A stretch of 53,602 nt of DNA, taken from NCBI GenBank assembly GCA_049512315.1, contig JBEKXF010000007.1, positions 62,001-115,602 of the forward strand, in the 5' to 3' direction. The DNA comes from Candidatus Aminicenantales bacterium (GTDB lineage Bacteria; Acidobacteriota; Aminicenantia; Aminicenantales; Saccharicenantaceae). The notes beneath the pieces were generated by a model. The model made no database searches and was not told the origin of the DNA. It saw only the letters and a program-made list of their open reading frames with translations. Position 1 is the stretch's first letter, and every line of letters begins with the position of its first letter. Made by a program: the position numbers and the translations under genes. Of the stretch, positions 28,634 to 38,415 are shown piece after piece.

Positions 28634-30322
28634 TCAGTCCAGGCCGACGGCCGTCAGATTCTGAGGAGTGGTGAGCTTAAAAACGGGATAGGTTTCGACG
28701 CCTCCCCCCCATTCCCGGGCAATGTATTTGTCAAAGGCGTTCCACACGAGCAGCCCATCGTCGCTTTCCGGCTCGAGGAGATAGGCCGCCAGGTTCCCGA
28801 GCGGCTGGGCCATCCGGACGACGAGGGTACCGCTGGGAAATTCCCTTTTTTCGACGGCATACTCGCCCTTGACCGTGTTGATCCGATGGCCCTGGTAGAG
28901 GCGGGCGGCCCCCTTGACCTCTTTCAAGCGATAGGCTTCGACCTCGAGGGTCGCGGCCTCCGTCATCTTTTCGACGGCCAGACCATGCCGGAGAAGCTTG
29001 TGGAGGATCTCGTCGTCGAAGACGGGGATCAAGTAGGCGTAAGGCAGCCGGACACTCCGCTTCGGGACGAAATCCGCGAAGTATGGCATGACATAAGTTT
29101 TCTTGCGGTCCGTCCTCTTGAGCTCGGGAAAAGGACTGCCCTCACGGGGCGTGACCTCCACCTCGTAGCCGCGGACGGTCACTTTCCCGGGCAGGGGCTG
29201 GACGTCGATATCGAGCCCGAAGGTGTCCGTCTCGCGCGGGGCGAGGCCCCTTTGGACCGTCCTTTGATCCGCCTCGGCCACGAGCCGGCTCAATTCATCG
29301 GCGTGCGTCTGGCAATATTCCAGGATGGACTTGAGAAGGTTGTAGCAGCCGAGGACGCGGGTCTTAAAATCGGCGTAATTGTAATTCTCGTCGAGGATGG
29401 ACAACCGGTTCCGGAGGCCGATGTAGTTCGTGACGTAGCGGGGCTGATGCCCGAAGGTCTGCCAGCCCTTTTCCATATCGCGGAAATCCTTCGGGTCGCC
29501 GTAGGGGACTGAGAGTGTATGGTATTTCTTGTCGAGGGTCGCGGCCACGGCGGGCAGCATCTTGTCCCGCGTGTATTTGATGATCGACGGGTCGCCGTTC
29601 GGGCAGAGGGGCCAGGAATAGGTCACCGGCTCCTCGTGGTAGGACCCATCGGTCGTGTGACAGTCGACCAGCAGGATAGGGTCCCAGCGGACGAGGACGT
29701 TGCGGACGAGGCCCTGCATCTCGGGGCTCTCGAGCTTCATGGCGTCGCGGTTGAGGTCGAGGTTCATGCCGTTGTGGCGGACTCCGGCCTTCTCCGGGCC
29801 GTTCTGGCCGCGGCGGTTGTCGGGGCTCATCTTGTCGTTCCCGTCGGCGTTGAAGATGGGCGCGATGAGGAGGACGATCTTGTCGAGATAGGGGAGCTTC
29901 GGGTCGAGCAGGATGTCTCGGGCGAGCATCAGGGACGCTTCCTTGCCCTCCACTTCGCCGGCGTGGATATTGGCCTGGATGTAGACGGCGATCTTCTTGT
30001 CGGAGCGGAGGGCCGGAGGCTCAAAGGGCGTGGGCTTCCCGATGACCAAGAGAGGCACGGGCTTCCCTTCGGCGGACGTGCAGATCCATTCGACGCGGAC
30101 GAGCGGGCTGAGCTTCTGGAGCTCCCGGACGAAGGACATCACCTCGGCGTAGGTGGAAGTGGCCGCGTATTCGGTCGACTCAGCACTAGTCTTGGGGCCG
30201 GCGACCACAGCTTGGGACTGGGCTGGGATGGCCTGAGTCTGAGTCGCGGCTGGGGCGTGGACTAACAGGGCCGCCGCAAACAGAACGACCAGGGCCGGAG
30301 GGAGTTTGGACAATGAGCTCAT
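28634..30322 (-). CDS. M14 family zinc carboxypeptidase, exported
   Basis: NIHAGEVEGKE, NADGN, DLNRD, DCHTTDGS; signal peptide. Confidence 0.85.
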   Translation of the reverse strand: MSSLSKLPPALVVLFAAALLVHAPAATQTQAIPAQSQAVVAGPKTSAESTEYAATSTYAEVMSFVRELQKLSPLVRVEWICTSAEGKPVPLLVIGKPTPFEPPALRSDKKIAVYIQANIHAGEVEGKEASLMLARDILLDPKLPYLDKIVLLIAPIFNADGNDKMSPDNRRGQNGPEKAGVRHNGMNLDLNRDAMKLESPEMQGLVRNVLVRWDPILLVDCHTTDGSYHEEPVTYSWPLCPNGDPSIIKYTRDKMLPAVAATLDKKYHTLSVPYGDPKDFRDMEKGWQTFGHQPRYVTNYIGLRNRLSILDENYNYADFKTRVLGCYNLLKSILEYCQTHADELSRLVAEADQRTVQRGLAPRETDTFGLDIDVQPLPGKVTVRGYEVEVTPREGSPFPELKRTDRKKTYVMPYFADFVPKRSVRLPYAYLIPVFDDEILHKLLRHGLAVEKMTEAATLEVEAYRLKEVKGAARLYQGHRINTVKGEYAVEKREFPSGTLVVRMAQPLGNLAAYLLEPESDDGLLVWNAFDKYIAREWGGGVETYPVFKLTTPQNLTAVGLD

Positions 30323-30451
30323 GGGAGCCTCCTTATTTCTGACTGCGGGAATCCGTTTCGGAAAGGGGAGTCTATTCCATTCGCCAATGCCCGTCAACGA
30401 ATTCGGGGACACAATCCCCCTCTCCGGATTCTCCGTTCGCGAATTTCGGGA

Positions 30452-30724
30452 TCAGTTCAGCGAAAAATATACCTCTTTTCGATGCCCGATGCGGACAACG
30501 ATGATCAAGAGTTCGTCCTTATCCTTCTTGAAGATGATCCGAAAACTTCCCACCCTCAGGCGATAGAGGTCCATTTCGGTCCCGTCCAGCTTCTTGATAT
30601 CATTTTTAAGGGCCTCGGGATTTTGGGCCAGGATGAGGAGTTTCTCCTTTATGATCCGGCGGTGCGGTCGGTCGATCCTCTCGAGGTCATCGAGGGCCCG
30701 GCCGAGAAACAGAAGCTTGAACAA
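30452..30724 (-). CDS. Type II toxin, RelE/ParE family
   Basis: IKKL.G...YRLRVGSFRIIF...IGHRKEVY. Confidence 0.9.
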   Translation of the reverse strand: MFKLLFLGRALDDLERIDRPHRRIIKEKLLILAQNPEALKNDIKKLDGTEMDLYRLRVGSFRIIFKKDKDELLIIVVRIGHRKEVYFSLN

Positions 30725-30725
30725 G

Positions 30726-30950
30726 CTAGATCCCCAGCTTTTTCCAGACTTCCTCTGGATCGAGGAGCCGGTCGCGGCCGGCTTCGAGGTCTGCCATTCG
30801 TTTCTTGGCCACTTTCAAATCCAGAAGGTCAAAATAGGTCTCGAGCGCTTTTTCGATGATGGCACTTTTTTTCTCTCCGAGCTCTTCGGCCACGATCTCG
30901 AGCTCCTTCGAGACGTCTTTGTCAAGTGTAATATTATGTCTCACTTGCAT
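30726..30950 (-). CDS. Antitoxin, ribbon-helix-helix type
   Basis: RHNITLD..L...A...KS.IIE.AL, C-terminal EEVWKKLGI; immediately upstream of the toxin; AGGAG RBS. Confidence 0.85.
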   Translation of the reverse strand: MQVRHNITLDKDVSKELEIVAEELGEKKSAIIEKALETYFDLLDLKVAKKRMADLEAGRDRLLDPEEVWKKLGI

Positions 30951-30965
30951 TTTCTTTCTCCTTGA

Positions 30966-31002
30966 AATACACAAAATATACACCATTATTGTGTATTGTC
31001 AA
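30966..31002 (-). promoter_or_regulatory. TA promoter with overlapping palindromic operator
   Basis: TTGACA-16 nt-TATATT; inverted repeat AATACACAA (30966-30974) / TTGTGTATT (30989-30997). Confidence 0.8.
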
Positions 31003-31153
31003 GATGTCCAGAGCGAGCATTCTTCATGACCGCCTTGTAATTGAGTATCTGAATAGACGTTCGCGCCCTTCCGTTTCTGCTCGATGGCAGGTTTCTCTTC
31101 GGAAATTGGCATTGTGCCCTTGATCTGTAATAAGATGAAACGGGAGAGAGGAC

Positions 31154-31576
31154 ATGGCGACATTCGGCGTGAGCCCGGATAAAGAGCAGGCCCTGGCGGA
31201 GCGCATGGAGAAGCTCGGCCTCCGCGAGGCGGACATCGTCGAAAAATTCATCCGCTCGGGCGGCCACGGCGGCCAGAACGTCAACAAGGTCGCGACCTGC
31301 GTCTACCTCAAGCACTTGCCCTCGGGAGTCGAGGTCAAGTGCCAGCAGGAGCGCTCCCAGGCCCTCAACCGGTTCCTGGCCCGCCGCATCCTGGCCGATA
31401 AGATCGAAACCGCGGTCCTGGGGAAGCAAAGCCAGGAGGAACAACGGATCGCCAAGATCCGGCGCCAAAAAAGGAAGCGCTCGAAGCGGGCCAAGGACAA
31501 GATGCTGGCGGACAAGCGCCGTGTCTCCGAGAAGAAAAAGGGGCGGACGTTCAAGCCGGACTTTTCCGAAAGTTGA
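31154..31576 (+). CDS. Stand-alone RF-1 (GGQ) domain peptidyl-tRNA hydrolase, ArfB/mtRF-R-like rescue factor
   Basis: RSGGHGGQNVNKV, ERSQALNR, basic C-terminal tail. Confidence 0.85.
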   Translation: MATFGVSPDKEQALAERMEKLGLREADIVEKFIRSGGHGGQNVNKVATCVYLKHLPSGVEVKCQQERSQALNRFLARRILADKIETAVLGKQSQEEQRIAKIRRQKRKRSKRAKDKMLADKRRVSEKKKGRTFKPDFSES

Positions 31577-31614
31577 GCGGCTCGGGGCCGCGCCCCGCAG
31601 GCCTCGGGCGAGGC

Positions 31615-31995
31615 TTACTGCTTGACTCTTTTGGCCGTCCACTCCATGTCGCCCATCTCTCCCAGGCTGACCGTGCCCTTCATCGTGTCGCCGTCCACTT
31701 TTCCCTTGTTGGTGATGGACATTTCGGCCTGCGGCCCGTTCATGGTGAACGTCCATTCGATGTCGTTGTCCTTGACCTTGCCGGTGCCCTTCATTTCCTC
31801 GCCCTGGAAACCCTCCATCTTCACCTCGAGGCTTTCCCCGGTCTGGACGAAGCTGATCTTCATCGTCCGCTCTCCCTGGGGGGATTGAACGGTCATTTCC
31901 CAGTCTCCGGTGACGTCCACGGGTTTGGCCAAGAGCGACGCCCCCCACAGGGCGAGACCGGCAAAAACCAGGATGCTTGCGGATTTCTTTAACAT
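31615..31995 (-). CDS. Small exported beta-rich hypothetical protein
   Basis: Signal peptide, DVTGDW, WTAKR; AAGGAGG RBS. Confidence 0.75.
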   Translation of the reverse strand: MLKKSASILVFAGLALWGASLLAKPVDVTGDWEMTVQSPQGERTMKISFVQTGESLEVKMEGFQGEEMKGTGKVKDNDIEWTFTMNGPQAEMSITNKGKVDGDTMKGTVSLGEMGDMEWTAKRVKQ

Positions 31996-32106
31996 GAAGA
32001 CCTCCTTGGATGTCGCGATTTAAAGCGGCCCGCGCAGACCGCCATCGACCGACATCAGTTTAGACATGCCTTTTGGGGTTTTTCTTCCCTCCGGGGCTCG
32101 GCCCGG

Positions 32107-32604
32107 CTATTCCTTATGAAGTGGTTTCCCGCACTCCCCGGCCGTGCCTTTCAGGACGTCGATGCCATGGGGGAGGGCGTCCATGATCGCCTCGAGGCTT
32201 TCGAGGACTCCCTTCTCGCTCCCGGGAAGGTTGATGATCAGCGTCGACTTCCTGATCCCTGCGGCCGCCCGGCTGAGCATGGCCGTCGGCGTTTTTTTCA
32301 TCCCCGCCTGGCGGATCGCTTCGCTGATACCCGGGGCCTCGCGCTCCATGACGGCCTTTGTCGCTTCCGGCGTCCAATCACGGGGGCTGAAGCCCGTGCC
32401 GCCCGTGGTCAGGATGAGATCGATGCCCTCGTCGGACCATTCGATGAGCGCCGCCCGGATGAGGTCCGGCTCGTCGGGGACAACTCGATACCGCAAGATC
32501 TCCGCACCGTTCGCTTCCATGATCTCGCGGATGGCCGGCCCGCTCTTATCCTCGCGCTCGCCTCGGGCGCCCTTATCGCTGACCGTGAGGATCCCAACCT
32601 TCAT
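32107..32604 (-). CDS. mog: Molybdopterin adenylyltransferase MogA/MoaB
   Basis: LTVSD, DKSG, TTGGTG..PRD.TPEAT, SR, NLPGS. Confidence 0.92.
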   Translation of the reverse strand: MKVGILTVSDKGARGEREDKSGPAIREIMEANGAEILRYRVVPDEPDLIRAALIEWSDEGIDLILTTGGTGFSPRDWTPEATKAVMEREAPGISEAIRQAGMKKTPTAMLSRAAAGIRKSTLIINLPGSEKGVLESLEAIMDALPHGIDVLKGTAGECGKPLHKE

Positions 32605-32605
32605 G

Positions 32606-33577
32606 TCAACCTCCGATCTTGAACATCTCGCTTGAAAGGGCATCAAGACTGCCTCGCTCCCACTTCTCCTTGTCACGCAAGGCGGTCCGCAGGAGCGAGG
32701 CGATTTCGTCGGTCCCGGCGCGGCCCGCCCGGAGCACATTCTTCATGTCGATCCCTTCCTTGTCGAAGAGGCAAAGCTTGAGCCTCCCGTCCGCGCTCAG
32801 CCGCAAGCGTTCGCATCCCCGGCAGAAACGGTCCGAGACGGGCGTTATGAACCCGATCCGCGCACCCGTTTTCAGATGATAGACCTGAGCGACGCCATCA
32901 GCGTCGGGAGAGGCCTCGAGAGGGCCGAATGCCTCGACGATCTTCTCCCGGATCTCCTGCCCCTTGACGAAGAGCGCCGGCCGCCAGGAGCCGAGCTCTT
33001 TGCATTCCGGGCTGAGGCCGCTCGTCGGCATGAGCTCGATGAACCGGACCTCGACCTTTTGCCTTTCCGCGAACCTCACGAAATCGGGGATTTCGTCGTC
33101 GTTGACGCCCCGGATGACGACCGTGTTGACCTTGAGGGGAGCGAGGTTGGCGCTCCGGGCCGCCTCGAGCCCTTCGAAGATCCGCTCGAATCCCGTCCGC
33201 CTCGTGATCTTCTCAAACCGGTCCTTCCGGAGCGTGTCCAGGCTGACGGTGACCCTCCGGAGCCCGGCTGCCTTGAGGTCCGCCGCCATCTCGCCAAGAT
33301 GGAGTCCGTTCGTGGTCAGGGCCAGGTCTTCGGGCCCGAGACGGGCCATTTTTTCGACCAGGGTCTCGATCCCCCGACGGACGAGCGGCTCGCCGCCCGT
33401 AATCCGGAACCGCCGGACTCCAACCCCCGCAGCCGCCCGGGCCACAATCTCGATCTCCTCGTAAGTCAGGAGTTCGGACGGCCGGACGAGGGTGACGCCG
33501 GACTCCGGCATGCAGTAGATGCAGCGGAGGTCGCAGCGGTCCGTAACCGAAATGCGCAGAACCCTATCGTTTTTCAA
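32606..33577 (-). CDS. moaA: GTP 3',8-cyclase
   Basis: CxxxCxxC (RCDLRCIYCMP), TGGEP, FCxxC...CL, C-terminal IGG. Confidence 0.95.
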   Translation of the reverse strand: MKNDRVLRISVTDRCDLRCIYCMPESGVTLVRPSELLTYEEIEIVARAAAGVGVRRFRITGGEPLVRRGIETLVEKMARLGPEDLALTTNGLHLGEMAADLKAAGLRRVTVSLDTLRKDRFEKITRRTGFERIFEGLEAARSANLAPLKVNTVVIRGVNDDEIPDFVRFAERQKVEVRFIELMPTSGLSPECKELGSWRPALFVKGQEIREKIVEAFGPLEASPDADGVAQVYHLKTGARIGFITPVSDRFCRGCERLRLSADGRLKLCLFDKEGIDMKNVLRAGRAGTDEIASLLRTALRDKEKWERGSLDALSSEMFKIGG

Positions 33578-34064
33578 TCCTGTCTCCGGCTCGGACCGTC
33601 CCGCCTTCGACGACTTCGCAGAAAATCCCGAGTCCGGGCATGATGCAGTCGCCCGCGATCTTGTAGATCGCGCACTTGGTGTGGCATTCCTTGCCGATCT
33701 GGCTGACCCTCAAACGGATGTTTCCGTCGTTCGCCCGGACCAAAAGCTCGTCGCCGACCTCGAGGCCCTTGAGGTCGATGCCTCGCGTGGTCAGGTTTTC
33801 CGCATAGGCGCCCGGGCCGATCCCTGTCTCCGGCCCGCCTCCCAGTCGCGCGGCCTGCTCGTCGATGCTCTCGATCATCAGCAGCGAGACCTGCCGGCGC
33901 CCGAAGCCCCGATGGGCGTCCTGCCTGATCCCTTCACCGGCGATGATCTGTGCCTCCGGGACGGGCGTCTTAGCCTGGCCCTTCTTCCGGCTGATGTTGA
34001 TAGAGGCGATTATGCCGGACGCGCCGCGGGCGCCTCCCGCCCCTGGCGGCCTGCCGACGGTCAT
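33564..34064 (-). CDS. MOSC domain protein
   Basis: DAH, RQVSLL, GAYAENLTT, GKECH..C, CIMP. Confidence 0.88.
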   Translation of the reverse strand: MTVGRPPGAGGARGASGIIASINISRKKGQAKTPVPEAQIIAGEGIRQDAHRGFGRRQVSLLMIESIDEQAARLGGGPETGIGPGAYAENLTTRGIDLKGLEVGDELLVRANDGNIRLRVSQIGKECHTKCAIYKIAGDCIMPGLGIFCEVVEGGTVRAGDRIEKR

Positions 34065-34540
34065 CGCCCTCTCCGGAAGACCCCGCTGTTGCCGCCGCTC
34101 TTGAATTCGAGCCTGAGCCGGGTGATCTCGGCCCCCCGCTCCACGGCCTTGACCATGTCGTAGATCGTCAGGGCGCCGACGGCGGCGCCGGTCAGGGCTT
34201 CCATCTCCGCGCCCGTCCGGGCCTCGACCTTGACGCCGCAGCGGACCTTGATCCCCGTCTTGAGGATCTCCGTTTCCACGTCGACCTTGTCGATGGAAAT
34301 GGGGTGAGCGAGCGGGATGAGCTCGAAGGTCCGCTTGGCCGCCTGGATTCCGGCCAGCCGGGCCGCGTTGAGCACTTCGCCCTTGGCGATCTTATTGGCC
34401 CGGACGAGGCGGAGCGTCGCCGGGCCGAGTCTGATCAGGCACGAAGCCACGGCCTCGCGGCGCGTCACGGGCTTCTCTCCGACGTCCACCATGCGGGCCT
34501 TGCCCTCGGGATCGATATGGGTGAGTTTGGCCATGGTCAT
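34061..34540 (-). CDS. moaC: Cyclic pyranopterin monophosphate synthase
   Basis: LTH..G.ARMVDV, AAKRT..LIP, TG.EMEAL, IYDMVK, KSGG. Confidence 0.95.
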   Translation of the reverse strand: MTMAKLTHIDPEGKARMVDVGEKPVTRREAVASCLIRLGPATLRLVRANKIAKGEVLNAARLAGIQAAKRTFELIPLAHPISIDKVDVETEILKTGIKVRCGVKVEARTGAEMEALTGAAVGALTIYDMVKAVERGAEITRLRLEFKSGGNSGVFRRGR

Positions 34541-35742
34541 TCCAGGAAAAGGATCTCCACAACGCCTCCCCTTTCGATCAGGGAGACGTCGGCGGGCACG
34601 ACGATGAGGGCCCGGCTCCTGACCATCGACCGCAGGACGCCGCTTTTCTGGTCGGGGAACGGGTCGACGCGGAGTTCGGGCCCGTCCCCGGCGAGGACGG
34701 CCCGGAGAAACTGGGTCCGTCCGGGCTTGAGGGCGATCTCTCTTTCGAGGACGGCCTTCCCGGCCCGCAGTCCCGGGGTTCTCCGCCCCAGCATCTTGTC
34801 TATTGCGGGCCTGACAAAAAGGTGGAAAGTCACCATGGCGCTCGTCGGGTTCCCCGGCAGGCCGAAGACGAGCTGACGGCCGTGGAGGCCGAAGAAAACC
34901 GGCTTCCCCGGCTTGATCCGGACCCGCCAGAAGACGGGCCGGACCCCGAAGCCGCGGAGCTCGTCCTTGACGAGGTCGTAATCGCCGACGGATACGCCGC
35001 CGGACAGGACAAGGATATCGGCCTTCCGGGCTCTTTGGATCCTGAGCTTCAGGGAGGAGTTCTTGTCGCGGGCGATGCCGAGATAATCGGCTTTCGCGCC
35101 GGCCTCGAGGGTCATGGCCCGGAGCGCGGGGCCGTTCGAATTCCGGATCTGGCCGGGCCTCGTTTTCCGGCCTGGTTCGACGATTTCGTCGCCCGTGGCG
35201 ATGACGGCCACCTCGGGGCGGCGCGCGACGCGAACCGAGGCGTGCCCAAGGGCGGCCAGCATGCCCACCTCGGCCGGCCCGACAAGATCGCCCTTTTCCA
35301 GGACGAGGTCCCCTTTTTGGACGTCCTCGCCTGCTTCGCCGATGTTATCTCCCTGACTGACAGCACGCAGGATGCGCACGCGACCGCCGGCTTTCTCCGT
35401 ATCCTCGACCATGATCACGGCGTCAGCGCCTCCCGGCAGGGGAGCGCCGGTCATGATCCGGGCGGCCTGCCCCGGGGCGAGCGGCCTGAGGCTGACGCGG
35501 CCGGCGGGAAGGTCCTCGATCACATCGAGTTCGACGGCGCCGCTCCCCCCGGCCGGAAGGGTGTCGGCCGCCCTGACCGCATAGCCGTCCATCGTCGCCT
35601 TGGAGAATGGGGGGATGGGCTCGCGGGCCCGTACGTCTCGGGCCAGGGTCCTGCCCAGGGCGTCAGCCAGGGGAACGGAATCGGCCGGCAGAGGTTTCGC
35701 CCTGGCGACAACCTCGCGAAGGGCCTCCCGGTAATCAATCAT
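34537..35742 (-). CDS. moeA: Molybdopterin molybdo/tungsto-transferase
   Basis: MDGYAVR, IMTGAPLP.GADAV, TGDE, SGGVSVGDYD, KPGKP, LPGNP. Confidence 0.95.
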   Translation of the reverse strand: MIDYREALREVVARAKPLPADSVPLADALGRTLARDVRAREPIPPFSKATMDGYAVRAADTLPAGGSGAVELDVIEDLPAGRVSLRPLAPGQAARIMTGAPLPGGADAVIMVEDTEKAGGRVRILRAVSQGDNIGEAGEDVQKGDLVLEKGDLVGPAEVGMLAALGHASVRVARRPEVAVIATGDEIVEPGRKTRPGQIRNSNGPALRAMTLEAGAKADYLGIARDKNSSLKLRIQRARKADILVLSGGVSVGDYDLVKDELRGFGVRPVFWRVRIKPGKPVFFGLHGRQLVFGLPGNPTSAMVTFHLFVRPAIDKMLGRRTPGLRAGKAVLEREIALKPGRTQFLRAVLAGDGPELRVDPFPDQKSGVLRSMVRSRALIVVPADVSLIERGGVVEILFLE

Positions 35743-36799
35743 GAGGCTTCTCGGACGGTTCGGAACCGATGATCTCGACGGCTTCGGGCTTGAATTTTAT
35801 CAGAACGGGGCGGGAAAGGGAAATCCCCCGGGCTTCGACACTGCCCAAGGGAAGGGTGCCCCTGAAGGTCAGTTCGCCGCTCACCCTGACCAGGGCGGAC
35901 TCCGCCTCGGTCGTTTCCAGGCGGGTAACGCGGCCGCTGAAGACGTTCGGCCCGTCCGCGGCGCCCCGGGGGTCGTCGGCGCCGACAAGCTCGATATCGG
36001 CCGGATTGATGACGCAGGTGACATGGCCCTCGAACGCTCCCGGAAAAACGATGCGGGTCCCAGGCCTGGGTTCGATCCAGCTTTGCCGGCCGTCCGACCG
36101 GGCTGTCCCGCTGAAGCAGTTTTCGTGGCTGAAGGGGACGCGCTTTCCCTCGGAAAGGTAGAGGATTCCGTCGGCCAGCCGGGAGGCCTGGGAGAAGTTG
36201 TGGCTCGAAAAAACGACCGTCGCCCCGGTCTCGCGGCTGATCTCCCGGATGACGGCCTCGATCCGGAGGGCCAGGCCGGCTTCGATATTGGCCGTCGGCT
36301 CGTCGAGGAGCAGGGCCTTGGGGCGGAGGGCCAAGGCCCTGGCCAGGGCCACCCTTTGCGCCTGGCCGGCGCTCAGGCCGGCTGCGGACCTCGACTCCCG
36401 GCCGGAGAGTTCGACCAGGGCCAGGGCCGCTCGCATACGCGCCGGCCAATCTCGTTCAGTGACTCCGCGGACCCTGAGCCCGAAGGCGATGTTTTCGGAG
36501 ACCGTGCCTTTGAAGAGATAAGGATGATGGGTCACCAAGACCGCTTCGCGGCGCGCGAGGAGGGTCCGGGCTTCGTCGGCCCAGGGATCCTCGCCCAGGA
36601 ACTCGATTCTGCCGGGGTCCGGCTTGACGAGGAACGCTAGCACCATCAGGAGAGTCGTCTTGCCGGCGCCGTTCGGCCCGACGAGGGCGATGCTCTCACC
36701 AGCGCCGATGCGGAGAGAATCGATCTCGAGGGCGAAACCAGAAAGGGAACCGGGGTAGATGTATCGGACATCGTGCAGGTCATAAGCGGCTTTGGACAC
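35735..36799 (-). CDS. tupC: Tungstate ABC transporter ATPase with C-terminal TOBE-like region
   Basis: GPNGAGKT, LSAGQ, LLDEP, H-loop; operon context. Confidence 0.8.
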   Translation of the reverse strand: MSKAAYDLHDVRYIYPGSLSGFALEIDSLRIGAGESIALVGPNGAGKTTLLMVLAFLVKPDPGRIEFLGEDPWADEARTLLARREAVLVTHHPYLFKGTVSENIAFGLRVRGVTERDWPARMRAALALVELSGRESRSAAGLSAGQAQRVALARALALRPKALLLDEPTANIEAGLALRIEAVIREISRETGATVVFSSHNFSQASRLADGILYLSEGKRVPFSHENCFSGTARSDGRQSWIEPRPGTRIVFPGAFEGHVTCVINPADIELVGADDPRGAADGPNVFSGRVTRLETTEAESALVRVSGELTFRGTLPLGSVEARGISLSRPVLIKFKPEAVEIIGSEPSEKPHD

Positions 36800-36800
36800 C

Positions 36801-37445
36801 CTAATCCCTGCTCCTGAGCCCGACCTGGACCAGGATATTTATCCCCAGGGTGATGACGAGAAGGATTGCGCCGAGGATGACGCCGTTCGTGAATTCTCCC
36901 TTGGCCGTCTCGAGGGCGATGGCCGTCGTGATGTTCCGGGTCGCGTTCCGGATGTTGCCGCCGAGCATCATGGCGATCCCGACTTCAGAAACGGCCCGGG
37001 CGAAGCCGGCCAGGACCGCGACGAGGAGGGCGAACTTCGCTTCACGGAGGACGACCCAGGAAGCCTGACGGCGGCTCGCGCCGAGGGTGAGGGCGGTCAG
37101 GCGGGCCCGGCGGTCGACCTGGCGGAGGGCCATGTAGGAGAAGCCGGTGATGAGCGGCAGGATGAGGAAGACCTGGCCGATGGTTATGGCCGCCTGGGTG
37201 TAAAGAAGGCCGAACCGGCCGAGGGGGCCGCTCCGGCTGAGGAGGAAGTAGAAGAGGAGGCCGATGACGACCGTGGGCGCAGCCATCCATGTTTGGTTGA
37301 CGAGGAGGATGGCGTGCTTGCCCCGGAATTCCCTGCCGGCGAGAAAGAGAGCGGCGGGAACGGCGAGAAGACTCGCGATAAGGGCGGCCAGGCCGCTCGT
37401 CTTGAGCGAAACCCCGATCGCGAGCAGCAGCTCCCGGACGATCAT
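36801..37445 (-). CDS. tupB: Tungstate ABC transporter permease
   Basis: P.VVIGL..Y..LSRSGPLG, FARAVSEVG..MMLGGNI...TR.ITTAIALET.KG. Confidence 0.9.
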   Translation of the reverse strand: MIVRELLLAIGVSLKTSGLAALIASLLAVPAALFLAGREFRGKHAILLVNQTWMAAPTVVIGLLFYFLLSRSGPLGRFGLLYTQAAITIGQVFLILPLITGFSYMALRQVDRRARLTALTLGASRRQASWVVLREAKFALLVAVLAGFARAVSEVGIAMMLGGNIRNATRNITTAIALETAKGEFTNGVILGAILLVITLGINILVQVGLRSRD

Positions 37446-38410
37446 TTGATAAGATCGACTCCCGCGATACCGGCCATCGGTTCGAAGAGGGGCCGGTCGG
37501 CTTTACCCTTGAAATCGCCGATCATTTTCTGGACGCGGGGAGAGGTGAGGAAGGTGATGAAGGCCATGGCCTTCTCGTAGCGTGCCGAAGTTATCCGGGC
37601 CGGGTTGACGGCGATGACGGCGTAGATGTTCTCGAATTCGGGCGCGTTCTCATAGAGGGGCTGGAGCCCCTTGAGGCCGGCGAGGCCGTAGAACGTGGCC
37701 GTATCGGTGAGCGTGTAGCCTCGCTTTTCGGCGGCGATTTGGAGTGTTTGGGCCATGCCCTGGCCGGTTTCGAGGTAGTTTTTCTCCGGCCTGCCCCCCG
37801 CAAGGGCCCAGAGATCGAGCTCCCGGATGTGAGTGCCCGATTTGTCGCCGCGGCTGACGAAGACAGCGCCAGTGCCCTTGATCCGCTCGAAGGCATCTTT
37901 GGCGTCGCGGGCGCCGGCGACTCCGGCGGGGTCGGCGGGCGGGCCGACGATCATGAAGTAGTTGCGGGCAATGACGCGCCGGTTGACGCCGAAGCCGTCC
38001 TTCAGGAACTCCTCTTCGAACTTCCGAGCATGGACGATGACAACATCGGCGTTACCATCCCGGGCCTGCTTGATGGCCGCGCCGGTCCCGACCGCGATCC
38101 ACTTGAGGGTGATGCCGGTCTCTTTCTCGAATTCATCGGCGAGGACGTTGAGGAGACCCGTGGCGTCGACACTGGTCGTCGTCGCCAGCATGAGAAAACG
38201 CTCCGCCGCGGCCGGGATTCCAGTTTCGAGAGAACCGGCGGTCACGAGGCGTGCCTCGGTGGCGGTGTCAACGGCCGTGACCTCCCCGCCGCTTTTCCGG
38301 CCCGCTTCTTTTTCGCTCACGGAGGTCACAAGGGCGGGGCAAACGGCCATGAAAAGGACGGCAGCCAGCCAAGAAGGTATCGTCAGGGGAGAACGGAAAA
38401 AGGGACGCAC
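37442..38410 (-). CDS. tupA: Tungstate-binding periplasmic protein
   Basis: ATTTS motif, VGTG.A, D...VHA, SRGD.SGTH..E, GQGM; GTG start after AAGGAG. Confidence 0.9.
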   Translation of the reverse strand: MRPFFRSPLTIPSWLAAVLFMAVCPALVTSVSEKEAGRKSGGEVTAVDTATEARLVTAGSLETGIPAAAERFLMLATTTSVDATGLLNVLADEFEKETGITLKWIAVGTGAAIKQARDGNADVVIVHARKFEEEFLKDGFGVNRRVIARNYFMIVGPPADPAGVAGARDAKDAFERIKGTGAVFVSRGDKSGTHIRELDLWALAGGRPEKNYLETGQGMAQTLQIAAEKRGYTLTDTATFYGLAGLKGLQPLYENAPEFENIYAVIAVNPARITSARYEKAMAFITFLTSPRVQKMIGDFKGKADRPLFEPMAGIAGVDLIK

Positions 38411-38415
38411 GGTAT

